Positions 1 through 12,333 of a stretch of DNA of 51,710 bases are shown here, one piece after another; the first letter of the stretch is position 1, and the number at the start of each line of letters is the position of its first letter. This DNA comes from Welwitschia mirabilis. Its lineage: Eukaryota. The stretch spans positions 3,998,322-4,050,031 of the forward strand of contig JBOZIK010000001.1 of the NCBI GenBank assembly GCA_051453625.1. The letters run 5' to 3'. The notes below the pieces were generated by a model, which was not told the DNA's origin, did not search any database, and saw only the letters and a list, made by a program, of their open reading frames with translations. Position numbers and translations under genes: made by a program.

Positions 1-560
1 AGAAAAATGCTTTAAAAACTTATCTCTGTTAATAAAAAGACTTGGGCTTCTAAACTTAATGATGTACTTTGGGATTACTATACTACTTGGCATACTTCTC
101 TTGGTATCTCACCTTATGAACTTGTTTATGATAAAGTTTGTATCTTACCATTTGATGTACATTACAATTCTTGTCATACATTTCATCAACTTAATCTTAT
201 AGACTTTGATAAAAATCTTAAGTATAGATTAGTACAATTAAATCTTCTTGATGAAAAAAGAACTAGTTTCATACATCATCAATTGATTCATAAAACCAAA
301 GCCAAGTTTAAACATAATAAAAAGATTTTTCATAAAAAGTTTAAGCCAGGTCAACTTGTTTTGTTACACTCGAGTTCACCTTTTACATAACAAATTAACC
401 TCTAAATGGTTAGGTCCTTATCTTATATAAAAAGTGCATTTTAATGGCTCAGTTGAAATTATAGATTTAAAAACTAAAGAGATTCAGAAAGTTCATGGAT
501 AATGGTTAAAATTATATAAGGGATTTTTAGATATAATCGTAAACATAGTAGAAGCACTTG
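1..560 (+). pseudogene. pol: Athila-type Ty3/gypsy integrase, C-terminal part (degenerate)
   Basis: Frame 1 reads NKKTWASKLNDVLWDYYTTWHTSLGISPYELVYDKVCILP...RLVQLNLLDEKR...KKFKPGQLVLL, then after a frameshift KLTSKWLGPY...NGSVEI...KVHG*WLKLY. This matches the Athila integrase consensus (DWSxKLDDALWAYRTA..G.SPY.LVYGK.C.LP / KL.SRW.GPF / KVNGQRLK.Y). Stops and a frameshift are present. Confidence 0.9.
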
Positions 561-927
561 TTTTGAAGGTTTCCCTCAGTGAGGAGGACTTCCTTCCTAT
601 TATTATATAAGTTCTATCTTAGCCTACTTCTNNNNNNNNNNNNNNNNNNNNNNNNNNNNNNNNNNNNNNNNNNNNNNNNNNNNNTACTTTGTGAAGTATC
701 ATGATTAGTTTTATACTTAAGCATTTATAGGTGATAAGATTGGATTCTCCCAATCTTGAGACATTCCCATGTCTCTGGACTTTACTTAAAGGAAGATGTC
801 TTAGTTTTTTCTATTTTTTTCAATGATGTTTAAATCCTAGATTATCTGAGAGTGTTCTTTTCTATCTTTTATCTCACTTATTCATCTTCATATTTATTAA
901 ATATGTTATAATGTGGTAATTATATTC

Positions 928-955
928 AAAAAAAAAAAAAAAAAAGAAAAAAAAA
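928..955 (+). repeat. poly(A) tract in the 3' non-coding region of the gypsy element
   Basis: A18-G-A9 run seen directly. Confidence 0.9.
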
Positions 956-2226
956 GTGAAAAACATGATGTCCTACTGTAAGTACACTAAGGCAACTATT
1001 GCTGAGAGGAGCCTTTGGTAGTATAATATGATAGCTATGGGAACTCCACTAGGGGGTTGGTTGGCCATGCTTCATGAGTCCTTACTCCTCTGAAAGTGGT
1101 TATACTCCCCTCATTATGGCCAAAGAAATAAAACCCTTAGTATTTCAACTTGATCATTTCACTTTTGGAGATTTAGGTGAGTTTGTAGGTAGAAACAGAT
1201 GAGTCCATTTCTTAGTAACTTTTGGTTTTGACCTTTATTGTTCTACAAACTTGACACTTTGGATATCATCATAACCACTACCTTTTCGAATGAACTTTAT
1301 GGAGTCAATACATTTTTTAATGCATATTTACTCCAGTGATGTTATGATGTTTTCCTTTGGAGTTTGCTATGTTAGTACTTAGGATAGGCAAACAATCTTC
1401 TCCTTATTTCTTATGCTCATTTTCCATTTGGTTTTCTTCTATTTTTAAGTCTATTATTTTAAGGTCATTTCCACATTTTCATATTTCTTCTTAGGACTTT
1501 AATAATTTAGTTATTTTCTTACTATTCACTCATGAGTTCCCTTGTCGGTTATTAAGTTATCAACCCTATCATGCTTTTATTTTTTCTATTCGGGCACATT
1601 CATTCAATCTTTCTTACAGGTTTTCAACCTTGATGGTCTATTTTCTTCCACCATAGCTTTTCCTTTTTTGTATGATTTTGTGATTCTATCTCTTGCATTT
1701 TCAAAGCTGACACTTCTTTTCTCACGATTCGGCAATTCGAGATGTATTGCATACTTTCAGTGCAGGACAAGACACATATTTTTAGTATTTCTCATACTTT
1801 TTTTTTCCTCTTATGAAAATTATTATTGTAGGTCCTTCTTCCAAGCCGGTTGCCAAAACAAGATTCATTGATTTTTACATGATTTTCTTTTTATTTGACT
1901 ATTTATCATAGTGGGGGACTGTTTATCAGTATTACTTAATTAATGAAAAAAATTGATTTCTATCATAGGTCTCAGTTTCATCCATCTTTTGAGGAGCCTG
2001 TCATCCCTATTATCATCTAGATGACAATACTAGACACTCAACTTCTGATGCTTTATAGGTATTTCTATTCAATTTTTGAATTTTCTAGAAATTTAGTCAA
2101 TCTTTTGAAATATGTTGTAATTCTTTTTCAGATGATTTCTTTAGATATCCTAGCTATTTTTATTGTTTGAAAAGTTGGCTCACAAATGTGGTTTACTACC
2201 TAGTTTTATCAAGAACTAACAAAGCT

Positions 2227-2238
2227 AAGTAGGGGCTA
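2227..2238 (+). other. polypurine tract (PPT) before the 3' LTR
   Basis: AAGTAGGGGCTA immediately precedes the LTR-initial TGTTACAC at 2239. Confidence 0.6.
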
Positions 2239-3854
2239 TGTTACACTGCTAACTTACATATATTTGATAGGGTATTCTGAGTTATTTTGTAGGTAAATTA
2301 GTAGANNNNNNNNNNNNNNNNNNNNNNNNNNNNNNNNNNNNNNNNNNNNNNNNNNNNNNNNNNNNNNNNNNNNNNNNNNNNNNNNNNNNNNNNNNNNNNN
2401 NNNNNNNNNNNNNNNNNNNNNNNNNNNNNNNNNNNNNNNNNNNNNNNNNNNNNNNNNNNNNNNNNNNNNNNNNNNNNNNNNNNNNNNNNNNNNNNNNNNN
2501 NNNNNNNNNNNNNNNNNNNNNNNNNNNNNNNNNNNNNNNNNNNNNNNNNNNNNNNNNNNNNNNNNNNNNNNNNNNNNNNNNNNNNNNNNNNNNNNNNNNN
2601 NNNNNNNNNNNNNNNNNNNNNNNNNNNNNNNNNNNNNNNNNNNNNNNNNNNNNNNNNNNNNNNNNNNNNNNNNNNNNNNNNNNNNNNNNNNNNNNNNNNN
2701 NNNNNNNNNNNNNNNNNNNNNNNNNNNNNNNNNNNNNNNNNNNNNNNNNNNNNNNNNNNNNNNNNNNNNNNNNNNNNNNNNNNNNNNNNNNNNNNNNNNN
2801 NNNNNNNNNNNNNNNNNNNNNNNNNNNNNNNNNNNNNNNNNNNNNNNNNNNNNNNNNNNNNNNNNNNNNNNNNNNNNNNNNNNNNNNNNNNNNNNNNNNN
2901 NNNNNNNNNNNNNNNNNNNNNNNNNNNNNNNNNNNNNNNNNNNNNNNNNNNNNNNNNNNNNNNNNNNNNNNNNNNNNNNNNNNNNNNNNNNNNNNNNNNN
3001 NNNNNNNNNNNNNNNNNNNNNNNNNNNNNNNNNNNNNNNNNNNNNNNNNNNNNNNNNNNNNNNNNNNNNNNNNNNNNNNNNNNNNNNNNNNNNNNNNNNN
3101 NNNNNNNNNNNNNNNNNNNNNNNNNNNNNNNNNNNNNNNCATGATAATAAAGAACTGAGATGAAAAGGATGAAAACATGCAATTTCAAAATAAATTCCAA
3201 GCATTTTATGTACATATGGATAAATGACATTTTGGATAATAATTTCTATAAATAACAAAGTGATGAACTGATTGAATATTGATAAAAGACCATTATTTAC
3301 CCCATTGTCTAGACATTACTAATAGACAACATCACCAATTAGTTAATAACATTTCACAGGTAGTCAGATAGACAGTTAATCTAGAGCAGATGAAAACCTC
3401 TATCTATTAAACAGCATTGTCTTCTATATCATATGGATGACTAATAGGATGACACTTTTTCTTATACCTTTACCAAATGTTCACCTAAGTTTTTGTCACT
3501 TTATTATGACTTTTCTTTACATGTCAATTAGGGTTTTTCCTGTACTCTTCTATTAATTTCCCTTCCTTCTCTGTCTATAAATAAAGATCTCCCCTTTAAT
3601 TCCTAATCATCTTTGACAGTACTTGACATACTCATGATAGGAGATCTTGGAATTGGAGAACCATTCTGTAATTATAGAGAGATGTTCCCTTGGTGTTGGG
3701 TAGCATTTCTTCCATTGAGAAATGACTACTTTGTAATGTAGATGTAATAGAATTCTTATAATAAAATATTGTATTTTGTATACATGATCTTCTCCCTCAT
3801 AGTTTCTGTTATTTTAGATTTGATGATAAGCTTCTTTTCTAATATAGATTATGA
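2239..3854 (+). mobile_element. LTR (family A), probable 3' LTR of the Athila-type element; right end lost in a gap
   Basis: Starts with TG after the PPT. Homology with the copies at 4269-4769 and 41731-41816 stops exactly at this TG. Internal TATA box at 3575. Interrupted by the N gap 2306-3139. Confidence 0.75.
3575..3583 (+). promoter_or_regulatory. TATA box of the LTR promoter
   Basis: CTATAAATA at a typical U3 position inside the LTR. Confidence 0.6.
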
Positions 3855-4268
3855 NNNNNNNNNNNNNNNNNNNNNNNNNNNNNNNNNNNNNNNNNNNNNN
3901 NNNNNNNNNNNNNNNNNNNNNNNNNNNNNNNNNNNNNNNNNNNNNNNNNNNNNNNNNNNNNNNNNNNNNNNNNNNNNNNNNNNNNNNNNNNNNNNNNNNN
4001 NNNNNNNNNNNNNNNNNNNNNNNNNNNNNNNNNNNNNNNNNNNNNNNNNNNNNNNNNNNNNNNNNNNNNNNNNNNNNNNNNNNNNNNNNNNNNNNNNNNN
4101 NNNNNNNNNNNNNNNNNNNNNNNNNNNNNNNNNNNNNNNNNNNNNNNNNNNNNNNNNNNNNNNNNNNNNNNNNNNNNNNNNNNNNNNNNNNNNNNNNNNN
4201 NNNNNNNNNNNNNNNNNNNNNNNNNNNNNNNNNNNNNNNNNNNNNNNNNNNNNNNNNNNNNNNNNNNN

Positions 4269-4769
4269 AAGGAAGGAAAAATGATAGAAGAGTATGAAAA
4301 AAACCCTAATTGATATGCAAAGAAAAGTCGCAATAAGGTGGTAACAACTTAGGCGAATATTTAGTGAAAGTATAAGAAAATAGTGTCATCCTACTAATCA
4401 TCTAGACAATATAGGAGACAATGTTAACTAATAGATAGAGGTTTTCATCTACTCTAGTTTAACTACCTGTGAAATGTTATTAACTAATTGATGATGTTGT
4501 CCATTAGTGACATCGAGACGATGGAGTGGATGATGGTCTTTTGTTAACCTTTAGTCAGTTTGATCATTTTATTATTTGTAGGAATCATTATTCAAATTGT
4601 CATTTATCAACATCTGCACAAAATGCTTGTAATTTATCTGGAAATTGCATGTTTTCATCCTTTTCATCATAGTTCTTCATTATCATGGAAACTAAGTATT
4701 TATCTACTAATTTACCTACAAAAAAACTTAGAATACCCTATCAAAAACATGTAAGTTGGTGGTGTAACA
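4269..4769 (-). mobile_element. inverted copy of the family A LTR (5' ~500 bp)
   Basis: Its reverse complement aligns with 2239-2305 plus 3140-3570 (e.g. gaaattgcatgttttcatccttttcatc vs gatgaaaaggatgaaaacatgcaatttc). It ends in ...GGTGTAACA at 4769. Confidence 0.9.
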
Positions 4770-7602
4770 AACAAAAGGTAGCATAAGTATATAAAAAAAG
4801 GAAACACAATTCAATTTTAATCTTTTAAAAATAGACTTCCTCATCTCATGACATATATCAGGAGCCTTCTTCTAGAGAATACCATAATACTAAGGATAAT
4901 AATAATAAAGATCAATTACATAATGGATCATTAGATTTAGATAATAATTAGTACTTTAATGATGTCAAAAATAGGGAGAAGTAAAATACAACAAAATAAA
5001 GGGAGAAAACAAAAGCAATAAAAGAAGGTAAATAAAGGAAAAGATAAAAACAAGGAAGAAGGTAAATGTAGTAAATAAGGAGCTTGGATTAAAAAAAATA
5101 TTTTTATGCTTATCATGGTCATGAGGTTTGGAGATATGTCATTGTGTTGAATGTTATTATTATTGTTTTATTACATATCACTGGTCATTATACATGGTTT
5201 GTTTCTTAGGAAAACCATTTTTGCATGCCAATGCACTATTTTGACTTAAGTTATATTAAATTTATACACAAAACTTTTAGTTTGAGTCTTTAAAAATTTT
5301 AGTTGATTTGAGTTTTTACTAACATAGCTTTACAATAAAAATGTTCATATTAAAATGGGGATGATTCTTGATTAACCTTATTTTGATATGTTAAAATTAT
5401 TAAATTAAGTGTTACTTGTGTGTAGGGCTTGAGAAATATAAAGACTATCTAAGTAATTGAAAGATGTCCATAGAGCTTAGAAACATCTATAACATGTAAA
5501 GACATCTACAAAAATTAAAGTCATCTATGTGACATCAAGTAAGTTTTTCTAAGTTAGCTGTTTGAACTAATTTCCTATTTAGTATATTATGTTTCAAGCA
5601 TTTGTAGTGAATACATTTGCATCAAGTGAAGACATATACTAGACCTCCAAAGATCTACATAGACTGAAGAGATATACATAACTTATAGACATCTAGTAAG
5701 ATTAAAAATGTCTATCCCATTTAAAAATGTTTGTCAAACTAAAGTCATCTATACAAAATCAAGAAAGTTAATAAAATAATAATATACTAAAGATTTCCAT
5801 ACCTAGAAAATACATCTACACCACCTAAATATGTCCATAATATTTGAAGAAATCTATAGTGTATTATAGTTAAAAAATAAAAATAGTCATTATAAGGGTA
5901 TAAACCTAGCATTTAGATACCACTATAAGCATTTAAATATTATACAAGCTATTTGCACGTCACTCTTTTGGGAAATCTAACTAAGGGATTAAATAACAAG
6001 AGGAAAAACAAAAATTAATACTAGTAAAAAAATATAACACATGAAAAATTGACTTAATAAATATCTGAATAATCTTTGGAATAAATTAGTAATAGATCTC
6101 TTTGAAGAAAGTGCTGATTACATTTTTCACAAAAAAGATTCAAGGATTTTATAAGTAATACATCAAATGGAGTAGTTGCAGCTAGGATACAACATTTGTA
6201 AGGGATTTAAAGATAAGAAACACTTAATCATGCTTAAAAGAGAGATCCTACTAATGCTATGCTATGAAGAAAAGAATTAACTTAATAAATAATATCATTT
6301 CATTTCTTCTTCCTTCTTAGGATGTAAGATTTTCTTTGTTGTAGATCTATTTTGTATATCATTATGCTAGCTTGATCTTTTCTATAATCTNNNNNNNNNN
6401 NNNNNNNNNNNNNNNNNNNNNNNNNNNNNNNNNNNNNNNNNNNNNNNNNNNNNNNNNNNNNNNNNNNNNNNNNNNNNNNNNNNNNNNNNNNNNNNNNNNN
6501 NNNNNNNNNNNNNNNNNNNNNNNNNNNNNNNNNNNNNNNNNNNNNNNNNNNNNNNNNNNNNNNNNNNNNNNNNNNNNNNNNNNNNNNNNNNNNNNNNNNN
6601 NNNNNNNNNNNNNNNNNNNNNNNNNNNNNNNNNNNNNNNNNNNNNNNNNNNNNNNNNNNNNNNNNNNNNNNNNNNNNNNNNNNNNNNNNNNNNNNNNNNN
6701 NNNNNNNNNNNNNNNNNNNNNNNNNNNNNNNNNNNNNNNNNNNNNNNNNNNNNNNNNNNNNNNNNNNNNNNNNNNNNNNNNNNNNNNNNNNNNNNNNNNN
6801 NNNNNNNNNNNNNNNNNNNNNNNNNNNNNNNNNNNNNNNNNNNNNNNNNNNNNNNNNNNNNNNNNNNNNNNNNNNNNNNNNNNNNNNNNNNNNNNNNNNN
6901 NNNNNNNNNNNNNNNNNNNNNNNNNNNNNNNNNNNNNNNNNNNNNNNNNNNNNNNNNNNNNNNNNNNNNNNNNNNNNNNNNNNNNNNNNNNNNTCTATTG
7001 TACTTCCAAATTGAAAAATTGATTATCATATAATCTATTTTATTTATATATTTCATTTTTGTTTTCATCTTAGATTGTGAGAGGATTTTTATTTTTGAAT
7101 TTTTGTATGTATTCCAAAATTGTATTATGTTCTATGTAATACTATGATGTGCTATTGAAAGAGAAACTCTGATTGTAAGATTAGTGGAAATCATGAAACC
7201 ATAATGTATAAGCCCTAAAGAACTAAGCTAGCTTTCTTGTGAGAGGTATCTTCATCATTCTATGATTTGTAAGGTTCCTGATAAGTCTTAAGCCATAGTG
7301 AAATACTAAGGGGTTAAGTTAACTACCTTGAAAGGAGTGAATCTTTGTATCAAAGGCTTATATGATTTGGGATAAATCATAAACCATGCATTTTGAGTTA
7401 AGCAATAAGGTTTAGAGGTGTGCAATATTTAACCCTCTAAGTGTGAACTACCTTAATTGAAGAACCAAGTAAATATAATAAAAAAATTCTTACAAGTGTA
7501 TATTTTCTTGTTAATAGTTTTTGCATACAAATGTTTTAATTTATTTTTTTCTTGGAAAACTCATTCATACCTACCCTTTGAGTTTAATGATCCATATTCA
7601 CA
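4770..7602 (+). mobile_element. 3' remnant of a Sirevirus-like Ty1/copia element (multi-PPT region plus 3' LTR)
   Basis: Repeated AAAA(N)GGGAG-like tracts at ~4965-5010 and a terminal PPT AAAATGGGGATGAT at 5352-5365. An LTR follows, carrying a GACATC/GATGTC motif array and a C-rich terminus. Confidence 0.7.
5366..7602 (+). repeat. 3' LTR of the Sirevirus-like remnant
   Basis: Begins T(c)TTGATTAACC, similar to the TGTTGATAACCC start of the 10209-22201 element's LTR. Ends CTCATTCATACCTACCCTTTGAGTTTAATGATCCATATTCACA, similar to the LTR end at ~32985-33024. Confidence 0.7.
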
Positions 7603-7834
7603 TCTTTGCTACTTCCAATTTTAGTATGGAAATCCATGATTTGAATAATACTATATTTTACATTCTTATCTAATATCTTGGTCTTATTATTGGATATGTC
7701 AAATCTCTCACAAATCAAGTTCATAGGTATTTTACATCTAGATACATCTCTATCATCTTACTTCATGTTGGAAAAGTTTTGGGACCTCTTAGTATTATTT
7801 CTATTATCATAGAAATATTTATTTCATAACTTCT

Positions 7835-10208
7835 TATAACATCTTATTTTTCTAATACTCAAAAAAACTTCTACACGTTGATGTTCTAATACTAAAATAT
7901 AATGTCTAGGATTTTCTACACTAAAAACTTGGCAATATAATGAATATTTGAACACACAACCTCTACTCTATTGTTTTATTACCCAGCATATAACCAGTTG
8001 CATAATAATGAAAAACTAAAATTTGACTCTGATGTTCACTAAGATAAAACTGCTCTTGTATAATAGATGACATGCCATAAAGATATCACTAAAACACTAG
8101 CTAGGGAGAAGATAGGACATTGAGATAAGAGGGTGAACATAGATTTCAAAGATAATAGGAGAAGAGATTATGAAAAACTATAAAATAGGTAAATAAAATT
8201 GTAGATTAAGATTAGTACTTTAGTTTAAATAATAAATAAGCATATGAAGGAGTATAAAAAAGAAAGAACTATATCCATTGAAATTCAAATGAATCAAAAA
8301 AAAAAAAATTACACATCTTCAAACATGAATTCAAGAAAATTGCACATTTTTATAAGTGTAATTTTCTCTTTACCATGTAAATTAGTGGATTTTGTATGCT
8401 AAGTGTCATAGAGAAAAGACAAGAAACTTACTAGAAATAAGAAGAGGATGCAAACATGTTTCAAGAAATGTGTTTCTACATTTTTAAGAAGTGCATTTTT
8501 AAATCATTTTATTTTCATTTAATAAATGATTATGAAACATTTTGAGGTGGTACTACTTAATATCTTGAAGTATTTTGAAATTTAAATTGTTATTCATTGG
8601 ATTCATTGACATATTTCACCACTTAACATTAACAATGTCATGTATTGTGAAAGTGTTTCTGAAAAACTGCAAATACAAATTCATCTATGTGTTTTTTGTT
8701 AGGCACTTACATGATTTATCTTTTCATTGCTAATACAATTCTAACAACATGTTTTCTGATGGGCACTCATACAATTCATATTTTTAAATTTAAAATTAAC
8801 TATGTTGTAATCATTTTATTTAATTCCTTTAAAATAAATCTTATTTGATTTAAGCTTTAGAAAAGTGCTATCAAAGAAATTCTTAGTGAAATTTGTAATG
8901 TCCTTCATTAATTCCATTCTTTAATAACTTAGTTTTTAAAATGAAACTCTTAGCTTTGTGATTCATTATGCCTTCCATCAAAATTTTAGAATTTTATTAT
9001 AGAATTTATATATTTCTAAAATAGAAATAACAACTTAAAGAATATAAGTGAAATCTAGTGGCTGTAAGGTTTTGGTTTAAGAATAATGCCACTATTATGT
9101 TGGTGTGAAATGAAGGCTTATATGGATGGAAGAACTTATAGAAGAAGGACACATGGATAAAAGCAATTATGAAGAAAGAGGTGTTGGTGATGTACGAGAA
9201 GGAAAAAAATGCTAGTGTGTAAGAGAAGGAATAATCATTAATACTTTCTATAGAAGGGCAAGAGTTTGGAAAGTGGTATAGATAAAAAAGGGGAGGTTTA
9301 AGCATAAGAAAGATAAAAATAAATGCATGTGAGCCAAAATGATGCATTTATAAGTTTATATTTGTAGGTTTGNNNNNNNNNNNNNNNNNNNNNNNNNNNN
9401 NNNNNNNNNNNNNNNNNNNNNNNNNNNNNNNNNNNNNNNNNNNNNNNNNNNNNNNNNNNNNNNNNNNNNNNNNNNNNNNNNNNNNNNNNNNNNNNNNNNN
9501 NNNNNNNNNNNNNNNNNNNNNNNNNNNNNNNNNNNNNNNNNNNNNNNNNNNNNNNNNNNNNNNNNNNNNNNNNNNNNNNNNNNNNNNNNNNNNNNNNNNN
9601 NNNNNNNNNNNNNNNNNNNNNNNNNNNNNNNNNNNNNNNNNNNNNNNNNNNNNNNNNNNNNNNNNNNNNNNNNNNNNNNNNNNNNNNNNNNNNNNNNNNN
9701 NNNNNNNNNNNNNNNNNNNNNNNNNNNNNNNNNNNNNNNNNNNNNNNNNNNNNNNNNNNNNNNNNNNNNNNNNNNNNNNNNNNNNNNNNNNNNNNNNNNN
9801 NNNNNNNNNNNNNNNNNNNNNNNNNNNNNNNNNNNNNNNNNNNNNNNNNNNNNNNNNNNNNNNNNNNNNNNNNNNNNNNNNNNNNNNNNNNNNNNNNNNN
9901 NNNNNNNNNNNNNNNNNNNNNNNNNNNNNNNNNNNNNNNNNNNNNNNNNNNNNNNNNNNNNNNNNNNNNNNNNNNNNNNNNNNNNNNNNNNNNNNNNNNN
10001 NNNNNNNNNNNNNNNNNNNNNNNNNNNNNNNNNNNNNNNNNNNNNNATAATAAATGATGCATAGAAATAGATTCATCGTATTTATATTTTGATTTAATTT
10101 TAGGAAGTGCCTTAAATAAAATGGTTAAGGAAATTGGTAATAAAATAGAGGGTCATGGGTTTGAATTTAGATTAAGCATATTATCTTTCTCTTAGTTTTC
10201 TATTTCTA
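7835..10208 (-). repeat. 3' LTR of the Tekay-like element, left part
   Basis: Collinear with 24513-~26258 (e.g. aaaacactagctagg, aaacatgaattcaagaaaattgcacattt, aatgctagtgtgtaagagaagg, gaatttagattaag). Confidence 0.9.
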
Positions 10209-12071
10209 TGATAGTTAAGGATTAATCCTAGAAGGAGGTGAATAGGTCTTTTAAGTTCTGTCTCCTTGTTCTTTACCACCTGCAAAAANNNNNNNNNNNN
10301 NNNNNNNNNNNNNNNNNNNNNNNNNNNNNNNNNNNNNNNNNNNNNNNNNNNNNNNNNNNNNNNNNNNNNNNNNNNNNNNNNNNNNNNNNNNNNNNNNNNN
10401 NNNNNNNNNNNNNNNNNNNNNNNNNNNNNNNNNNNNNNNNNNNNNNNNNNNNNNNNNNNNNNNNNNNNNNNNNNNNNNNNNNNNNNNNNNNNNNNNNNNN
10501 NNNNNNNNNNNNNNNNNNNNNNNNNNNNNNNNNNNNNNNNNNNNNNNNNNNNNNNNNNNNNNNNNNNNNNNNNNNNNNNNNNNNNNNNNNNNNNNNNNNN
10601 NNNNNNNNNNNNNNNNNNNNNNNNNNNNNNNNNNNNNNNNNNNNNNNNNNNNNNNNNNNNNNNNNNNNNNNNNNNNNNNNNNNNNNNNNNNNNNNNNNNN
10701 NNNNNNNNNNNNNNNNNNNNNNNNNNNNNNNNNNNNNNNNNNNNNNNNNNNNNNNNNNNNNNNNNNNNNNNNNNNNNNNNNNNNNNNNNNNNNNNNNNNN
10801 NNNNNNNNNNNNNNNNNNNNNNNNNNNNNNNNNNNNNNNNNNNNNNNNNNNNNNNNNNNNNNNNNNNNNNNNNNNNNNNNNNNNNNNNNNNNNNNNNNNN
10901 NNNNNNNNNNNNNNNNNNNNNNNNNNNNNNNNNNNNNNNNNNNNNNNNNNNNNNNNNNNNNNNNNNNNNNNNNNNNNNNNNNNNNNNNNNNNNNNNNNNN
11001 NNNNNNNNNNNNNNNNNNNNNNNNNNNNNNNNNNNNNNNNNNNNNNNNNNNNNNNNNNNNNNNNNNNNNNNNNNNNNNNNNNNNNNNNNNNNNNNNNNNN
11101 NNNNNNNNNNNNNNNNNNNNNNNNNNNNNNNNNNNNNNNNNNNNNNNNNNNNNNNNNNNNNNNNNNNNNNNNNNNNNNNNNATCTTGGATTTGACAAAAT
11201 AGTATTGGTTGCCTCTAGTGATTAGAGGGAAGCTTTTATACATAAGATGTAATATATGACCGTTTCATCAAAAAGAAATGAACCGTTGTGATTTTCTAAG
11301 GAACTATTGTGCTTTTACTAATGAATCATTATGTTCATAACGATTACATTTTTGCATCACATAGTTGATCTTTTGTTATCTTCAGTTGACCACAACTGTG
11401 ATTACCCTTATTATAACATTCAGTCACCCTTCCTTGTCACAGATTTCTCAGTATAGAATATGGTGCAAATTTGATTGTTCTTGTGAAAATACTTGGTTGC
11501 CCTTAGTTAGGTCGCCTTGATGATTTCTACCTAGTCGACCTTATGAGAGGAGATTCTTGGTAGAATGCAGTCACCCGATCTCATTTTGTGTAGTCAACTT
11601 AAAATTACCCAGTTCATGTTCTACTAATTATTGTAAATTTACCTGTATGATAACTATTGGTCATCCATACTACTATCAGATAGATTCTTACTACATGTCA
11701 TGTGGTCGCCCATATGAATCTCCTCAGTTACCCATCTTTTATCAGGTTGGATTTCACTGCGTGTGTTATAGTCACCTATATGAAAGCGTTAGGTTACTCA
11801 TACTGCTATTAGATTTGATCAGGCTAAGTAAAATACAGTCGCTTGTGTGAAAATGATAGTTGTGAATGTGTTAACCGGTCTTCTTTATGTTGTCTTAGTT
11901 CAGTCACTTGGTAAGTCATGTGTAGTTGCTTGCTCTTAAGGTAGTACTACAGTTCTTTATCCTTTGGTCACTCGATCTGATAAATCAGTCGCCCAGTGCT
12001 GGAAGTTATCTACGCAAAAGGCTAACTTACAAAAACTTGTTAAATTAATCAATGACAATGGGTTCTCAAAA
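10209..12071 (-). repeat. 3' LTR of Sirevirus 1 (contains an N gap)
   Basis: Aligns with 20969-22201. Followed on the + strand by the PPT complement AACTCCTCCTTTGTCA. Confidence 0.93.
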
Positions 12072-12300
12072 AACTCCTCCTTTGTCANNNNNNNNNNNNN
12101 NNNNNTTGAAAGAAATTAGATTTAAATAATTTTTGTATAAAAAAATCAAAAGAAAAATTATAAGTAATTTGCATAAAAATAAGCTTCTTTATATTACTCA
12201 AAAAGTGTCATTACATGCGGAAGTTATATTTTGACTATTTGTAATACAAAGAAGTGACCAAGATGTTATAAATTTTTCTCCCCTTTTTTGACGAAATCAA
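12072..12300 (-). other. terminal PPT and an upstream extra PPT (multi-PPT signature)
   Basis: Minus strand reads TGACAAAGGAGGAGTT next to the LTR, and GTCAAAAAAGGGGAGAAA at ~12275-12292. Confidence 0.8.
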
Positions 12301-12333
12301 GGATAAGAAGGATATAAAAAGACATACAAAGGC

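Noticed and set aside
7603-7834. Possible LINE ORF2 C-terminal remnant continuing at 28055-28260
   Set aside because: Composition is suggestive but I could not recover convincing motifs, so it is left unannotated.
1542-9347. Short hydrophobic ORFs (1542-1871, 4560-4754, 4937-5122, 9006-9347) as small membrane proteins
   Set aside because: They lie in LTR or UTR sequence and reflect T-rich composition. No recognisable motifs.
2306-11181. Hidden insertions inside N gaps (e.g. 834 N vs ~15 bp in the paired LTR; 674 N vs ~45 bp)
   Set aside because: Several gaps are oversized by a similar several hundred bp relative to homologous copies. This points to scaffold gap-size overestimation; the content cannot be seen.
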